64,000 bases of DNA, taken from Clostridia bacterium. Lineage in GTDB: Bacteria; Bacillota; Clostridia; Monoglobales; Monoglobaceae. The stretch lies in NCBI GenBank assembly GCA_017622215.1, contig JAGARO010000012.1, forward strand, positions 1,043 through 65,042, read 5' to 3'. The first letter of the stretch is position 1; every line of letters starts with the position of its first letter. Positions 42,443 to 51,236 of the stretch are shown piece after piece. The notes under the pieces are model-generated. The model saw nothing but the letters and a program-made list of their open reading frames with translations. It searched no databases and had not been told where the DNA came from. A program made the translations under genes and the position numbers.

Positions 42443-43042
42443 GTGATTAAAATTAACAAATCTGAAAGCAAGTATTTTAATACTGCAAGAAAAATGAACC
42501 TTTCTTTAATCTCTTTGCTTAAAAAGAAGCCCTTTGAATATATAACTGTAAGTGAATTGTGTAAAGATGCAGGGGTAAACCGTTCGACTTTTTACCTTCA
42601 CTATGAAAATACAGCAGATTTGCTTGGGGAAACTACGCAATATATTCTTGACGGGTTTCTTTCATACTTCAAAACTGATGTGAGGGCCGTTGCTTTTAAT
42701 CTTGAGGACAGGAACCTTGATGAACTGAATTTTATCAACAGCAACTATCTTACACCATACCTTACTTACATAAAGGAAAATAAGGAGATTTTTTCCACCG
42801 CTCTTTCTCATATTAAAGCATTCGATTTTGAGGGTGTTTATGAAAGATTGTTTGAAAATATTTTTGACCCGATTTTAGAAAGATTTCACTACCCGAAAGA
42901 GGAGAGAAAATATGTGATGCTTTATTACCTGAATGGAATAAATGCAATCAGTTTTCAGTGGGTTAAGGACGGTTGTGAAAAAAGCATTGAGGAAGTTTCA
43001 AATATTATAATAGAGTGTATTTTCGGACGGGATAACAAATAA
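42443..43042 (+). CDS. TetR/AcrR family transcriptional regulator
   Basis: HTH ITVSELCKDAGVNRSTFYLHYEN. The GTG start is uncertain. Confidence 0.8.
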   Translation: MIKINKSESKYFNTARKMNLSLISLLKKKPFEYITVSELCKDAGVNRSTFYLHYENTADLLGETTQYILDGFLSYFKTDVRAVAFNLEDRNLDELNFINSNYLTPYLTYIKENKEIFSTALSHIKAFDFEGVYERLFENIFDPILERFHYPKEERKYVMLYYLNGINAISFQWVKDGCEKSIEEVSNIIIECIFGRDNK

Positions 43043-43068
43043 AAAAGGACTGCTAAGCAGTCCTTTTT
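43041..43068. terminator. bidirectional terminator shared by the TetR gene and GH31 paralogue B
   Basis: aaaaaaggactgc-taa-gcagtccttttt. It is a homologue of the hairpin at 39580-39610. Confidence 0.7.
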
Positions 43069-43069
43069 G

Positions 43070-45325
43070 TTATATGAGGTTGATGTTTTTGTATTCTTTA
43101 TAGCCATTATGGTTGAGCTTTGTTTTAAGCTCGCCATTTTCTACTGTGAATTCATATTCTGTATATTCGCCGTCTAAGTAGTTATAGTCTTCGCCGTTAT
43201 CTATTGTGTGGATATACGGTCTGCAGTTACCATCCTTATCCGGATATGCAAGAATATTTAATGTGTCAAGTTCTTTTTCGCCTACATACATCATTTCAGG
43301 ATATGTAGGGATGATTGAACCTGCTCTTACATACATAGGACAAACATCAAGCGGAGCGTCGCGGAGAATATATTTTCCGCCCTCGATAAGCTCATTTGTC
43401 CAGAAGTCGTACCACTGTCCCTCAGGGAGATATACCTTTTTAACTGTTTCGCCCTGAAGTACAACAGGAGATACTAAAATATCATCGCCGAACATAAACT
43501 GGTCATTCATATTTTCAACGTTCTTGTCATCTGGGAATTCAAGAACTAATGGTCTCATAACAGGGAGACCTGTTTCGCTACCCTTTACCAAAGCGTCATA
43601 GAGGTATGGGAGGAGCTTATAACGGAGGTTAATATACTTTCTTGAAATGTCAAGAACTTCCTTGCCGAATGTCCATGGTTCCTGATTTCTTGAACCCTTA
43701 GCACTATGGTTTCTGAAGAGTGTTGAGAATGCACCAACCTGAATCCAGCGGGCAAAAAGCTCAGGTGTACAGTCTGCACCGAAACCGCCTACGTCTGTGC
43801 CTGCGATTGAAAGACCGCTGAGGCCTAAGTTACAGAGCTGTGGAATTGCAAGCTGGAGATGTGCCCAGATACTCTGGTTATCACCTGTCCATACTGTTGA
43901 ATATTTCTGCATACCTGCATAGCAGGCTCTTGTAATTACAAAAGGTCTTTTACCTGTGTACTTCTTAAGTCCTTTGTGGGTTGCTGTTGCCATATGCTGT
44001 CCGTAAACGTTGTGCATTTCGCCGTGGGTTGCGCCAAGTCCTTCGTCACACATTGGAAGCTCCATTGGAAGTGGACCGGTGAAGCTTGCAGGCTCATTCA
44101 TATCGCACCAGATGCCGTCAACACCAAAGTCAACCATTCTCTTCTGTAAGCCTGACCACCAATCTCTTACTCTTGGGTCAGAGAAGTCAGGGAATGCTGT
44201 TTCTCCAGGCCAAACTGTATTTATATAAACGTTTCCGTCAAGGTCCTTGATAAAGTAATCCTTTTCAACGCCTTCGTCAAATACGTCATAGCCTTCTTCC
44301 TGCTTAACGCCAGGGTCTATGATGCATACTGTCTTAAAGCCGTTTTTCTTAAGGTCGTCATTAAGGCCTTTTGCTGTGCTTTTGAAGTTATCCTTATTCC
44401 ATGTGAATACCTTATAATTATCCATATAGTCAATATCAAAGTAGATTGCATCACAAGGAAGATTGTTTTCACGCATTTTTGTTGTTATATCCCTGAAGTC
44501 CTCTTCAGTTGTATAACCCCAACGGCACTGGTGGAAGCCAAGTGTCCAGAGCTGTGGTCTTGGAGTGTAGCCTGTAAGATGTGCGTAGCCTCCTAAAACT
44601 TTTTTCATATCAGGTCCGTAGATGAAGTAGTAATCAAGGTCCCCGTCGTTGTTTCCGTAGAAATAGTATTCAGGGCTTTCTGCACCCATATTGAAAGTTG
44701 AGCCGTGGTTGTTATCGAAGAATAAGCCAAAGCTTCCAAATTTATTCTTTGTGATAAAGAATGGGATTGACTTATAAAGTGCCTTCATATCAGGAATTTC
44801 ACAGTGTGTCTGCGGAAGGTCGGAGTTCCACATCTGATAGTCATAGTTTCTCTTGTTTAAGAAGCCTGTTTTATCGCCGAGACCATAGAAGCATTCGTCC
44901 TCGGACATTGACTTTATAACTGAGATTTTGAAATCATTTATCCTTTCGGATACAGCGTGACCCTCTGCACGCATCTGTGTAATCTGTTCAGGTGTTAAAC
45001 CTGCCTGTTTTGAACGTTTTCCTCTGTAATCTGCACAGATGAGGTTTCCGTTCTTATCGTATATATCAGTGATACATTCGTCATATACCTTTACTGTAAT
45101 CTCCTCTGTGGAAATTACAATTGAGTCGCCGTCCTTTTCAACTGAAAAGTCTGTGTCAACAGCAGGATTTCCCTCGATTGCCTTTGAAATATATTCCTTT
45201 TTGTCAAACTTAACTTTAAATCTTACAATATCGCTTTTGATAATCTCAACATTATAAATTCCGTCATCTAAAATGACATTGATTAAGTTGTCATTTACTT
45301 CATAATTCTTGATTTTTCCCAGCAT
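43070..45325 (-). CDS. glycoside hydrolase family 31 alpha-glucosidase (paralogue B)
   Basis: 751 aa, roughly 70 percent identical to paralogue A by eye, with the same catalytic motifs. Confidence 0.88.
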   Translation of the reverse strand: MLGKIKNYEVNDNLINVILDDGIYNVEIIKSDIVRFKVKFDKKEYISKAIEGNPAVDTDFSVEKDGDSIVISTEEITVKVYDECITDIYDKNGNLICADYRGKRSKQAGLTPEQITQMRAEGHAVSERINDFKISVIKSMSEDECFYGLGDKTGFLNKRNYDYQMWNSDLPQTHCEIPDMKALYKSIPFFITKNKFGSFGLFFDNNHGSTFNMGAESPEYYFYGNNDGDLDYYFIYGPDMKKVLGGYAHLTGYTPRPQLWTLGFHQCRWGYTTEEDFRDITTKMRENNLPCDAIYFDIDYMDNYKVFTWNKDNFKSTAKGLNDDLKKNGFKTVCIIDPGVKQEEGYDVFDEGVEKDYFIKDLDGNVYINTVWPGETAFPDFSDPRVRDWWSGLQKRMVDFGVDGIWCDMNEPASFTGPLPMELPMCDEGLGATHGEMHNVYGQHMATATHKGLKKYTGKRPFVITRACYAGMQKYSTVWTGDNQSIWAHLQLAIPQLCNLGLSGLSIAGTDVGGFGADCTPELFARWIQVGAFSTLFRNHSAKGSRNQEPWTFGKEVLDISRKYINLRYKLLPYLYDALVKGSETGLPVMRPLVLEFPDDKNVENMNDQFMFGDDILVSPVVLQGETVKKVYLPEGQWYDFWTNELIEGGKYILRDAPLDVCPMYVRAGSIIPTYPEMMYVGEKELDTLNILAYPDKDGNCRPYIHTIDNGEDYNYLDGEYTEYEFTVENGELKTKLNHNGYKEYKNINLI

Positions 45326-45445
45326 AATTAAATCTCCTTTACTGCCTGTGAAATTATAGTTTTAATGTATCATATTGGTAACACAAAGTCAATGGAATTC
45401 GGCATAATTATTATTAAAAATTCTTTACAACTCTTATGGGAGTTA

Positions 45446-45474
45446 TTGACAATGAAAATGCGCTGTGTTATACT
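45446..45474 (+). promoter_or_regulatory. sigma-A type promoter for the deacetylase-nucleotidyltransferase pair
   Basis: TTGACA, a 17-nt spacer, then TATACT preceded by TGt. Confidence 0.55.
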
Positions 45475-45513
45475 TTTCTTAATTGATTTTATAGGCTATG
45501 GAGTGTGTATTTT

Positions 45514-46353
45514 ATGTTTTCTATGAGATACCCAAATGGGCTTAAAAAGGCTATAACTTTAAGCTATGACGACGGACTTGTTACTGATGTAAAAATGCTT
45601 GAAATTATTAACAGGTACGGGATAAAATGTACTTTTAACGTAAATTACGGCTTTCTTAATGAAGATGACTTTATTTATCCTGAAATTAAGCGTGAAAATA
45701 TGTGGACCAGACTCAGAAAAAGCCACGCAGTTGAGCTTTTTAAGAATTCGGGACACGAGGTTGCGGCTCACGGCTTTGTGCACAAGTCCTTAGGGGGATG
45801 TACTGTGCCTGAGGCGATGCATGATATTCTTCACGACAGGGATTGCCTTGAAAAGCTTTTTGGAACTGTTGTAAGGGGAATGGCTTATGCAAACGGCTCT
45901 TATGATGCAAGATGCGCTGAGTATCTGCCGAAATGCGATATCTGTTATTCCAGAACTGTAGACAGGACAGGGAAGTTTGATTTCCCTGAAAACTGGATTT
46001 ATCTGCACCCTACCTGTCATCACGATAATCCGAAGCTTATGGAACTTCTGGACAGCTTCTTAAACGAGGATTTTGGGGACTGCAAGATGTTCTATCTCTG
46101 GGGTCATTCCTCTGAGTTTGAAGTAAACAATAACTGGGACGTTTTGGAAAAGTTCTGTGCTGTGGCAGGAAACAGAGATGATGTCTGGTATGCTACAAAC
46201 ATTGAAATTTACGACTACAAAAAGGCTTATGACAGTCTTGTTTATACCGTTGACGGCCTTACGGTTTACAATCCGTCGGGGATTGATGTGTGGCTTAACG
46301 TAAACGGCGAGAGTAAGGTTGCAAAGGCCGGAGTTGTAACAAACTTAGTATAA
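45514..46353 (+). CDS. polysaccharide deacetylase (NodB-homology) family protein
   Basis: LSYDDG and HG..H motifs. ATG 45514 has better RBS spacing than GTG 45505. Confidence 0.7.
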   Translation: MFSMRYPNGLKKAITLSYDDGLVTDVKMLEIINRYGIKCTFNVNYGFLNEDDFIYPEIKRENMWTRLRKSHAVELFKNSGHEVAAHGFVHKSLGGCTVPEAMHDILHDRDCLEKLFGTVVRGMAYANGSYDARCAEYLPKCDICYSRTVDRTGKFDFPENWIYLHPTCHHDNPKLMELLDSFLNEDFGDCKMFYLWGHSSEFEVNNNWDVLEKFCAVAGNRDDVWYATNIEIYDYKKAYDSLVYTVDGLTVYNPSGIDVWLNVNGESKVAKAGVVTNLV

Positions 46354-46381
46354 AAAATTTTAATATATTTTGGAGGACAAT

Positions 46382-47311
46382 ATGTGTAAAACTACTTTAG
46401 TAATTATGGCTGCGGGAATCGGCTCAAGATTTGGCGAAGGTATCAAGCAGCTTACAAAAATCGGCAAAAACGGAGAAATTATTCTTGATTACTCCATTTA
46501 TGATGCTATCCGTGCAGGATTTGACAAGGTTGTATTTGTTATTCGCAAGGACATTGAAGAAGAATTTATGGAAGTTATCGGTAACAGAATCAAGGAAGTT
46601 GTTGAAACTGAAATTGCTTTTCAGGAAATTGATGACCTTCCAAAGGGATTTGCTATTCCTGAGGGAAGAAAGAAGCCTTGGGGTACAGGTCAGGCTATTC
46701 TTGCCTGCAAACAGGCAGTTTCAGAGCCTTTTGCTGTAATTAACGCTGACGATTTCTACGGCAGAGAACCATTTGAACTTCTTCACAGCTATCTTGTTGA
46801 AGAACACGATACTGACGGTCTTGAAGACATTTCAATGGCAGGCTACATTCTCAAAAATGTTCTCTCCGACAACGGTTTCGTTACAAGAGGTCTTTGCAGT
46901 GTTGATGAAGAGGGATATCTTGTTGGAATCAAGGAAACAAGCAACATCGGTAAAGACGGAGACAAGGTTTATATTGCTGAAGAAGACGGAAGCAAGACTG
47001 AACTTGACCCTGGCTGTAACGCTTCAATGAATATGTGGGGCTTCAGACCTTCATACTTTGACAGACTTGCTGAATTGTTCCCTGAATTCCTTGAAAATAT
47101 GGAAAACCCTCTTAAGTCTGAATTCTTACTCCCAATTATTGTTGGAGATATGCTCGAAAAGGGCGAAACAAAGGTTAAGGTTCTTGAAACCAACGAAAAA
47201 TGGTATGGTATGACATACAAAGAAGACAAGGAGATTGTTGCTACATCAATCAGAAAGCTTGTTGATGCAGGACTTTATCCTGAAAATATTATGGAAGAAC
47301 TCAAGAAATAG
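46382..47311 (+). CDS. sugar-phosphate nucleotidyltransferase family protein
   Basis: N-terminal LVIMAAGIGSRFG nucleotide-binding loop; 309 aa. Confidence 0.7.
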   Translation: MCKTTLVIMAAGIGSRFGEGIKQLTKIGKNGEIILDYSIYDAIRAGFDKVVFVIRKDIEEEFMEVIGNRIKEVVETEIAFQEIDDLPKGFAIPEGRKKPWGTGQAILACKQAVSEPFAVINADDFYGREPFELLHSYLVEEHDTDGLEDISMAGYILKNVLSDNGFVTRGLCSVDEEGYLVGIKETSNIGKDGDKVYIAEEDGSKTELDPGCNASMNMWGFRPSYFDRLAELFPEFLENMENPLKSEFLLPIIVGDMLEKGETKVKVLETNEKWYGMTYKEDKEIVATSIRKLVDAGLYPENIMEELKK

Positions 47312-47317
47312 GACATT

Positions 47318-47354
47318 AAAAACCCGTAATACGATAGGTATTACGGGTTTTTTT
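47318..47354. terminator. bidirectional terminator
   Basis: cccgtaatac-gatag-gtattacggg flanked by A5 and T7. Confidence 0.75.
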
Positions 47355-48681
47355 ATAATGTTCTCAAGCCTTTCGGGTAGTGGTTTTTAAGTGTCTTATT
47401 AACAGCTTTGCCACCGCCCATAGCTACGCCTTCTATACAGACTGCACACCAGCCCTTGTTATATTCGCAGGGGATTGTTTCGCCGTGGAGATATTTTTCA
47501 GCCTCATTTAACGAGAGGTTTATTTTTTTGCGGAAAAGATGTCCTAAGGCTGTGAAAAGCTGATGGTGTGGCTGGAAGTAGTTTTTCTGTACTGTGCCCA
47601 GCTTTACTCCGCAGAGGAAAACTGGTACTTTTGGTATTTTTATGTCTTCGTCTATGTAGATTATGCTGTCGTTATGTTTTTTAATTTTCTTTTTATCGTA
47701 GCTTGTCAAAGTTTCATCTAAAAATTCACAGACAATTTTTTCTTCCTGTTTAGTAAGAGGAAGAAGTATGTCCTTTATTTCTTTAGGGGTGTTTTCTCCC
47801 TCTTTCTTTTTAAGAACTGCTACAAACTGTCCCTCGCCCTTATTTATATGCGGATAAAAGCGTCTTGTGTATTCCATATTTCCTATGCCCTGTGAGGAGT
47901 TGCTTTTAATCTCTTCGGGGGTTTCTGTAAGAAAAAAATCAGGGTTATTTTCAAGGAAAGTTTTGATAAGCCCCTCGTTTTCTTCAGGGGAGTAGGTGCA
48001 GGTTGAGTAAACCAAAGTTCCGCCTTTTTTAAGGGCGTTTTTCATATTTTCTATGATTTCAAGCTGTCTTATGGCACACTTTTCTACATTTTCAACGCTC
48101 CATTCGGAGACTGCGTTTTCCTCTTTTCTGAACATTCCCTCACCTGAGCATGGGGCGTCGCAGATTATAAGGTCAAAATATTCCGTGAAGTTTTTGCCGA
48201 TTGTCAGGGCGTCGCAGTTTATGACTGCTGTGTTTTCGTAGCCCATTCGCTCAATGTTTCCGCTTAAAATTTTGCATCTAGAGGACACATATTCGTTGGA
48301 GAAGAGAAAGCCATTCGGTATCTGACAGGCAATCTGTGAGCTTTTTCCGCCAGGGGCTGCGCACATATCAAGGACTTTCCAGTCCTTTTCGGGCATAATA
48401 CAGTTTACAGGTGCCTGAGCCGATGGTTCCTGAACATAAATCATTCCTGCGTGGTGGTATGGATGGTTTCCTATTTTTCCGTCATTGAAATAAAAACCGT
48501 TTTCGGCATAAGGGATTTTCTCTGTATCAAAGGGATTGATTTTAAGAAAATCCTCCACAGATACTTTCTTTGTATTTACGTGAAATGCCTTTACGGGAGC
48601 TTCGTTTAGCGCGCTTTCAAAGGCATCATATTCATTTTTTAAGAGTTCTTTCATTCTCTCTTCAAATTCTTTTGGAAACAT
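47353..48681 (-). CDS. RsmB/RsmF (NOL1/NOP2/Sun) family RNA m5C methyltransferase
   Basis: DMCAAPGGKS SAM motif and DAPCSGEGMFRK catalytic Cys motif. Confidence 0.85.
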   Translation of the reverse strand: MFPKEFEERMKELLKNEYDAFESALNEAPVKAFHVNTKKVSVEDFLKINPFDTEKIPYAENGFYFNDGKIGNHPYHHAGMIYVQEPSAQAPVNCIMPEKDWKVLDMCAAPGGKSSQIACQIPNGFLFSNEYVSSRCKILSGNIERMGYENTAVINCDALTIGKNFTEYFDLIICDAPCSGEGMFRKEENAVSEWSVENVEKCAIRQLEIIENMKNALKKGGTLVYSTCTYSPEENEGLIKTFLENNPDFFLTETPEEIKSNSSQGIGNMEYTRRFYPHINKGEGQFVAVLKKKEGENTPKEIKDILLPLTKQEEKIVCEFLDETLTSYDKKKIKKHNDSIIYIDEDIKIPKVPVFLCGVKLGTVQKNYFQPHHQLFTALGHLFRKKINLSLNEAEKYLHGETIPCEYNKGWCAVCIEGVAMGGGKAVNKTLKNHYPKGLRTL

Positions 48682-48701
48682 TTTTTCACCACCCTGTAAA
48701 T

Positions 48702-48732
48702 AAAAATGCCCTTAGGTTATAAGGGCATTTTT
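48702..48732 (-). terminator. terminator immediately after tRNA-Arg
   Basis: aatgccctta-ggtta-taagggcatt with a T-run on the minus strand. Confidence 0.65.
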
Positions 48733-48809
48733 TGGTGTTCCTGAGGTGATTCGAACACCCGACCTACCGCTTAGGAGGCGGTCGCTCTATCCTGCTGAGC
48801 TACAGAAAC
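48733..48809 (-). tRNA. tRNA-Arg (anticodon CCT), CCA encoded
   Basis: Reverse complement is GTTTCTGTAGCTCAGCAGGATAGAGCGACCGCCTCCTAAGCGGTAGGTCGGGTGTTCGAATCACCTCAGGAACACCA. It folds as a cloverleaf, has the GTTCGAAT T-loop, and the anticodon loop is CT-CCT-AA. Confidence 0.9.
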
Positions 48810-48820
48810 ATATCTCGTAT

Positions 48821-48849
48821 ATAATACTTTATTTTTATCTGTTTGTCAA
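48821..48849 (-). promoter_or_regulatory. sigma-A promoter of tRNA-Arg
   Basis: On the minus strand: TTGACA, a 17-nt spacer, then TATTAT, about 11 nt before the tRNA 5' end. Confidence 0.6.
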
Positions 48850-48899
48850 GATTTTCTCCCCTCTTGCATAGATTTTATAAGTAGAGGAGTGTGATTATT

Positions 48900-49292
48900 A
48901 TGGAATATTCAGGTGTGCTTACTGTAAGAGCGTATCTTGCCTCTAAAGCTGTGCCTGTGGAAAATGCTCTTGTGGTTATTACTGACATATCCAGCGGTGA
49001 AACTAAAATTATAAATTCACAGTTTACAAACAAAAACGGAGTAACAGAAAATGTTACTTTGTCGGCTCCTGACCCGAGATTGTCCGAATATCCAAACGTC
49101 AGCCGTCAGGGTTATTCCCTTTATGACGTGAGGATTGACAAGGAGGGTTTTTATTCCCTTGAGTTTCACAATGTGTCTGTCTTTGCAAACCAGATAAGTA
49201 TTCAGGAGGCGGAGATGATTCCTTTGCCTGAGGGGGAATTACAGGGAAAAACAATTTTTTATATCGAAGAAGAACCTAATCTGGAGGCGTAA
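48900..49292 (+). CDS. SleC N-terminal (pre/pro-domain)-like protein
   Basis: 130 aa. VLTVRAYLASKAVPVENALVVITD... resembles a carboxypeptidase-regulatory-like beta-sandwich and, from memory, the N-terminal region of clostridial SleC. Confidence 0.5.
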   Translation: MEYSGVLTVRAYLASKAVPVENALVVITDISSGETKIINSQFTNKNGVTENVTLSAPDPRLSEYPNVSRQGYSLYDVRIDKEGFYSLEFHNVSVFANQISIQEAEMIPLPEGELQGKTIFYIEEEPNLEA

Positions 49293-49294
49293 AT

Positions 49295-50692
49295 ATGGAT
49301 TATCCGATTATACCTGAAAAAATTACAGTTCATCTGGGAGCGCCTGACGCTCAGGCTGAAAATGTTACAGTTTCTTTCCCTGATTACATAAAAAATGTGG
49401 CTTCCAGTGAAATTTTCCCGACTTGGCCTGAAACGGCTATCCGTGCAAATATTTATGCGCAGATTTCTATTGCTATGAACAGAGTTTACACCGAATGGTA
49501 CAGGTCAAAGGGCTATGACTTTGACATAACAAATTCTACTGCCTTTGACCAGTCTTTTGTAAACGGGCGAAATATTTTTGAAAATATAAGCCGTATTGTT
49601 GACGAGATTTTTAATTCTTATCTTCGCAGGGAGGGGTTTATTGAGCCTCTCTATGCAACCTACTGCGATGGGATTCAGGTTACCTGCGAGGGTATGTCTC
49701 AATGGGGAACTGTTGACCGTGCCCGAGAGGGACTTTTGCCTTATCAGATTTTAAGGTACTATTACGGGGAGAATACTCAGATTGTGTCAAATGTTCAGGT
49801 GCAGTCCATTATGAATTCCTATCCCGGAACTGCACTGCAAATCGGAAGTATTGGTGTCAGCGTTGAGAGAATTCAAAGACAGCTTAACAGAATTTCGAGA
49901 AATTATCCTTTAATTCCTAAAATTCAGTCTGTGGACGGAATTTTTGGGGCTGATACAAGGGACGCTGTTATCGCTTTTCAGTCAACCTTTAACCTTGAGC
50001 CTGACGGAATTGTGGGTAAGCGGACCTGGTATAAAATTCAGTATATTTATGTGGCTGTGAAAAAACTTGCACAGCTTGACTCCGAGGGACTTAAGTATTC
50101 GGATATACAAAAGCAGTTTACCACTGCTCTGTCTTTTGGGGACACAGGTGAGCCTATTCAGGCTCTTCAGTATTATCTCAAATATGTGGGAATATACAAC
50201 CAGGCATTGACGCCTATCGAGGTAACGGGGACATTCGACTCGGCAACTGAACAGGCACTTCGGTCATTTCAGACCTTTTACGGACTTGAGCCTACGGGGA
50301 TACTTAATCTTAACACTATAAACAAGTTAAATCAGGTTTACCTTGGAATACTTGAGGACCTGCCTTATGAAATTACTGCGGAGAGGGTTGTGCCATTCGG
50401 GGGACGGAATTTAGGAATTGGAAGTACAGGGGACGATGTACGACAGCTCCAGACCTATTTAAGCTTCCTTTCGGACTACTATCCGACAATTCCGAGGGTT
50501 AATGTTACAGGCTATTTTGGCACGGAAACACAGAATGCTGTTATTACTTTTCAGAATAATTTTGGAATTACGCCGAGAGGCATTGTGGGGGCTGTTACCT
50601 GGAATGCAATAGAAGAGGTTTACGGAGATGTTTCTGCAGGGGCAGAAAGAAGTCAGAGACAGTTTTCCGGTGAAGTTTTAAATGAGGAGTGA
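49295..50692 (+). CDS. SleC-like spore cortex-lytic enzyme core with three peptidoglycan-binding (PG_binding_1) repeats
   Basis: IPEKITVHLGAPDA...DYIKNVASSEIFPTWPETAIRANIYAQ...TEWYRSKGYDFDITNSTAFDQ core. Three repeats of the G..V..LQ..L......DG.FG..T..AV..FQ....L...G.V...TW type. Confidence 0.65.
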   Translation: MDYPIIPEKITVHLGAPDAQAENVTVSFPDYIKNVASSEIFPTWPETAIRANIYAQISIAMNRVYTEWYRSKGYDFDITNSTAFDQSFVNGRNIFENISRIVDEIFNSYLRREGFIEPLYATYCDGIQVTCEGMSQWGTVDRAREGLLPYQILRYYYGENTQIVSNVQVQSIMNSYPGTALQIGSIGVSVERIQRQLNRISRNYPLIPKIQSVDGIFGADTRDAVIAFQSTFNLEPDGIVGKRTWYKIQYIYVAVKKLAQLDSEGLKYSDIQKQFTTALSFGDTGEPIQALQYYLKYVGIYNQALTPIEVTGTFDSATEQALRSFQTFYGLEPTGILNLNTINKLNQVYLGILEDLPYEITAERVVPFGGRNLGIGSTGDDVRQLQTYLSFLSDYYPTIPRVNVTGYFGTETQNAVITFQNNFGITPRGIVGAVTWNAIEEVYGDVSAGAERSQRQFSGEVLNEE

Positions 50693-51213
50693 TTTTTTTG
50701 AATTATCTTAATACACCTGCCTCAATTTATGAGGCGCAATATTATCTTTATGTTCTTTCGGGACTTTACAACACTATTCCAAAGGTTAACCCTGACGGTA
50801 TCTACGGGAAGGAAACTGCTGAGGCTGTGAGGATGTTTCAGAGGCAGTTCGGTATTCCTGAAACAGGGGAGATTGACTTAGGGACATGGACTTTGCTGGT
50901 AGAAAAATTTGAGGCTGCGGAGGAACTTCGCGGGTACCCTGAACGGATTTCGGTTTTTCCGCCTGAAATTCAGGCCTTTTATCTTGGTGCAAAAAGCGAC
51001 GAAATTATGATTTATCAGATTATGCTTAGAAGGATTGCACTTCGTTTCAGAAATGTCCCACCGCCATCTGTGAATGGAGTGTATGACAATCCTACAAGAG
51101 AGTCTGTGTCTGCTCTTCAGGGGGTTTTTGGAATGGAAGCAAACGGAATAACTGACAAAGTAACCTGGAACAGAGTTGCAAGGCTATACAGCGTTTTTAC
51201 GAATAATGATTAG
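50689..51213 (+). CDS. protein with two peptidoglycan-binding (PG_binding_1) repeats
   Basis: PDGIYGKETAEAVRMFQRQFGIPETGEIDLGTW and VNGVYDNPTRESVSALQGVFGMEANGITDKVTW. The start is uncertain (GTG 50689 or TTG 50698). Confidence 0.65.
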   Translation: MIFLNYLNTPASIYEAQYYLYVLSGLYNTIPKVNPDGIYGKETAEAVRMFQRQFGIPETGEIDLGTWTLLVEKFEAAEELRGYPERISVFPPEIQAFYLGAKSDEIMIYQIMLRRIALRFRNVPPPSVNGVYDNPTRESVSALQGVFGMEANGITDKVTWNRVARLYSVFTNND

Positions 51214-51236
51214 TTTTCGGGAAATATTAACATTAG

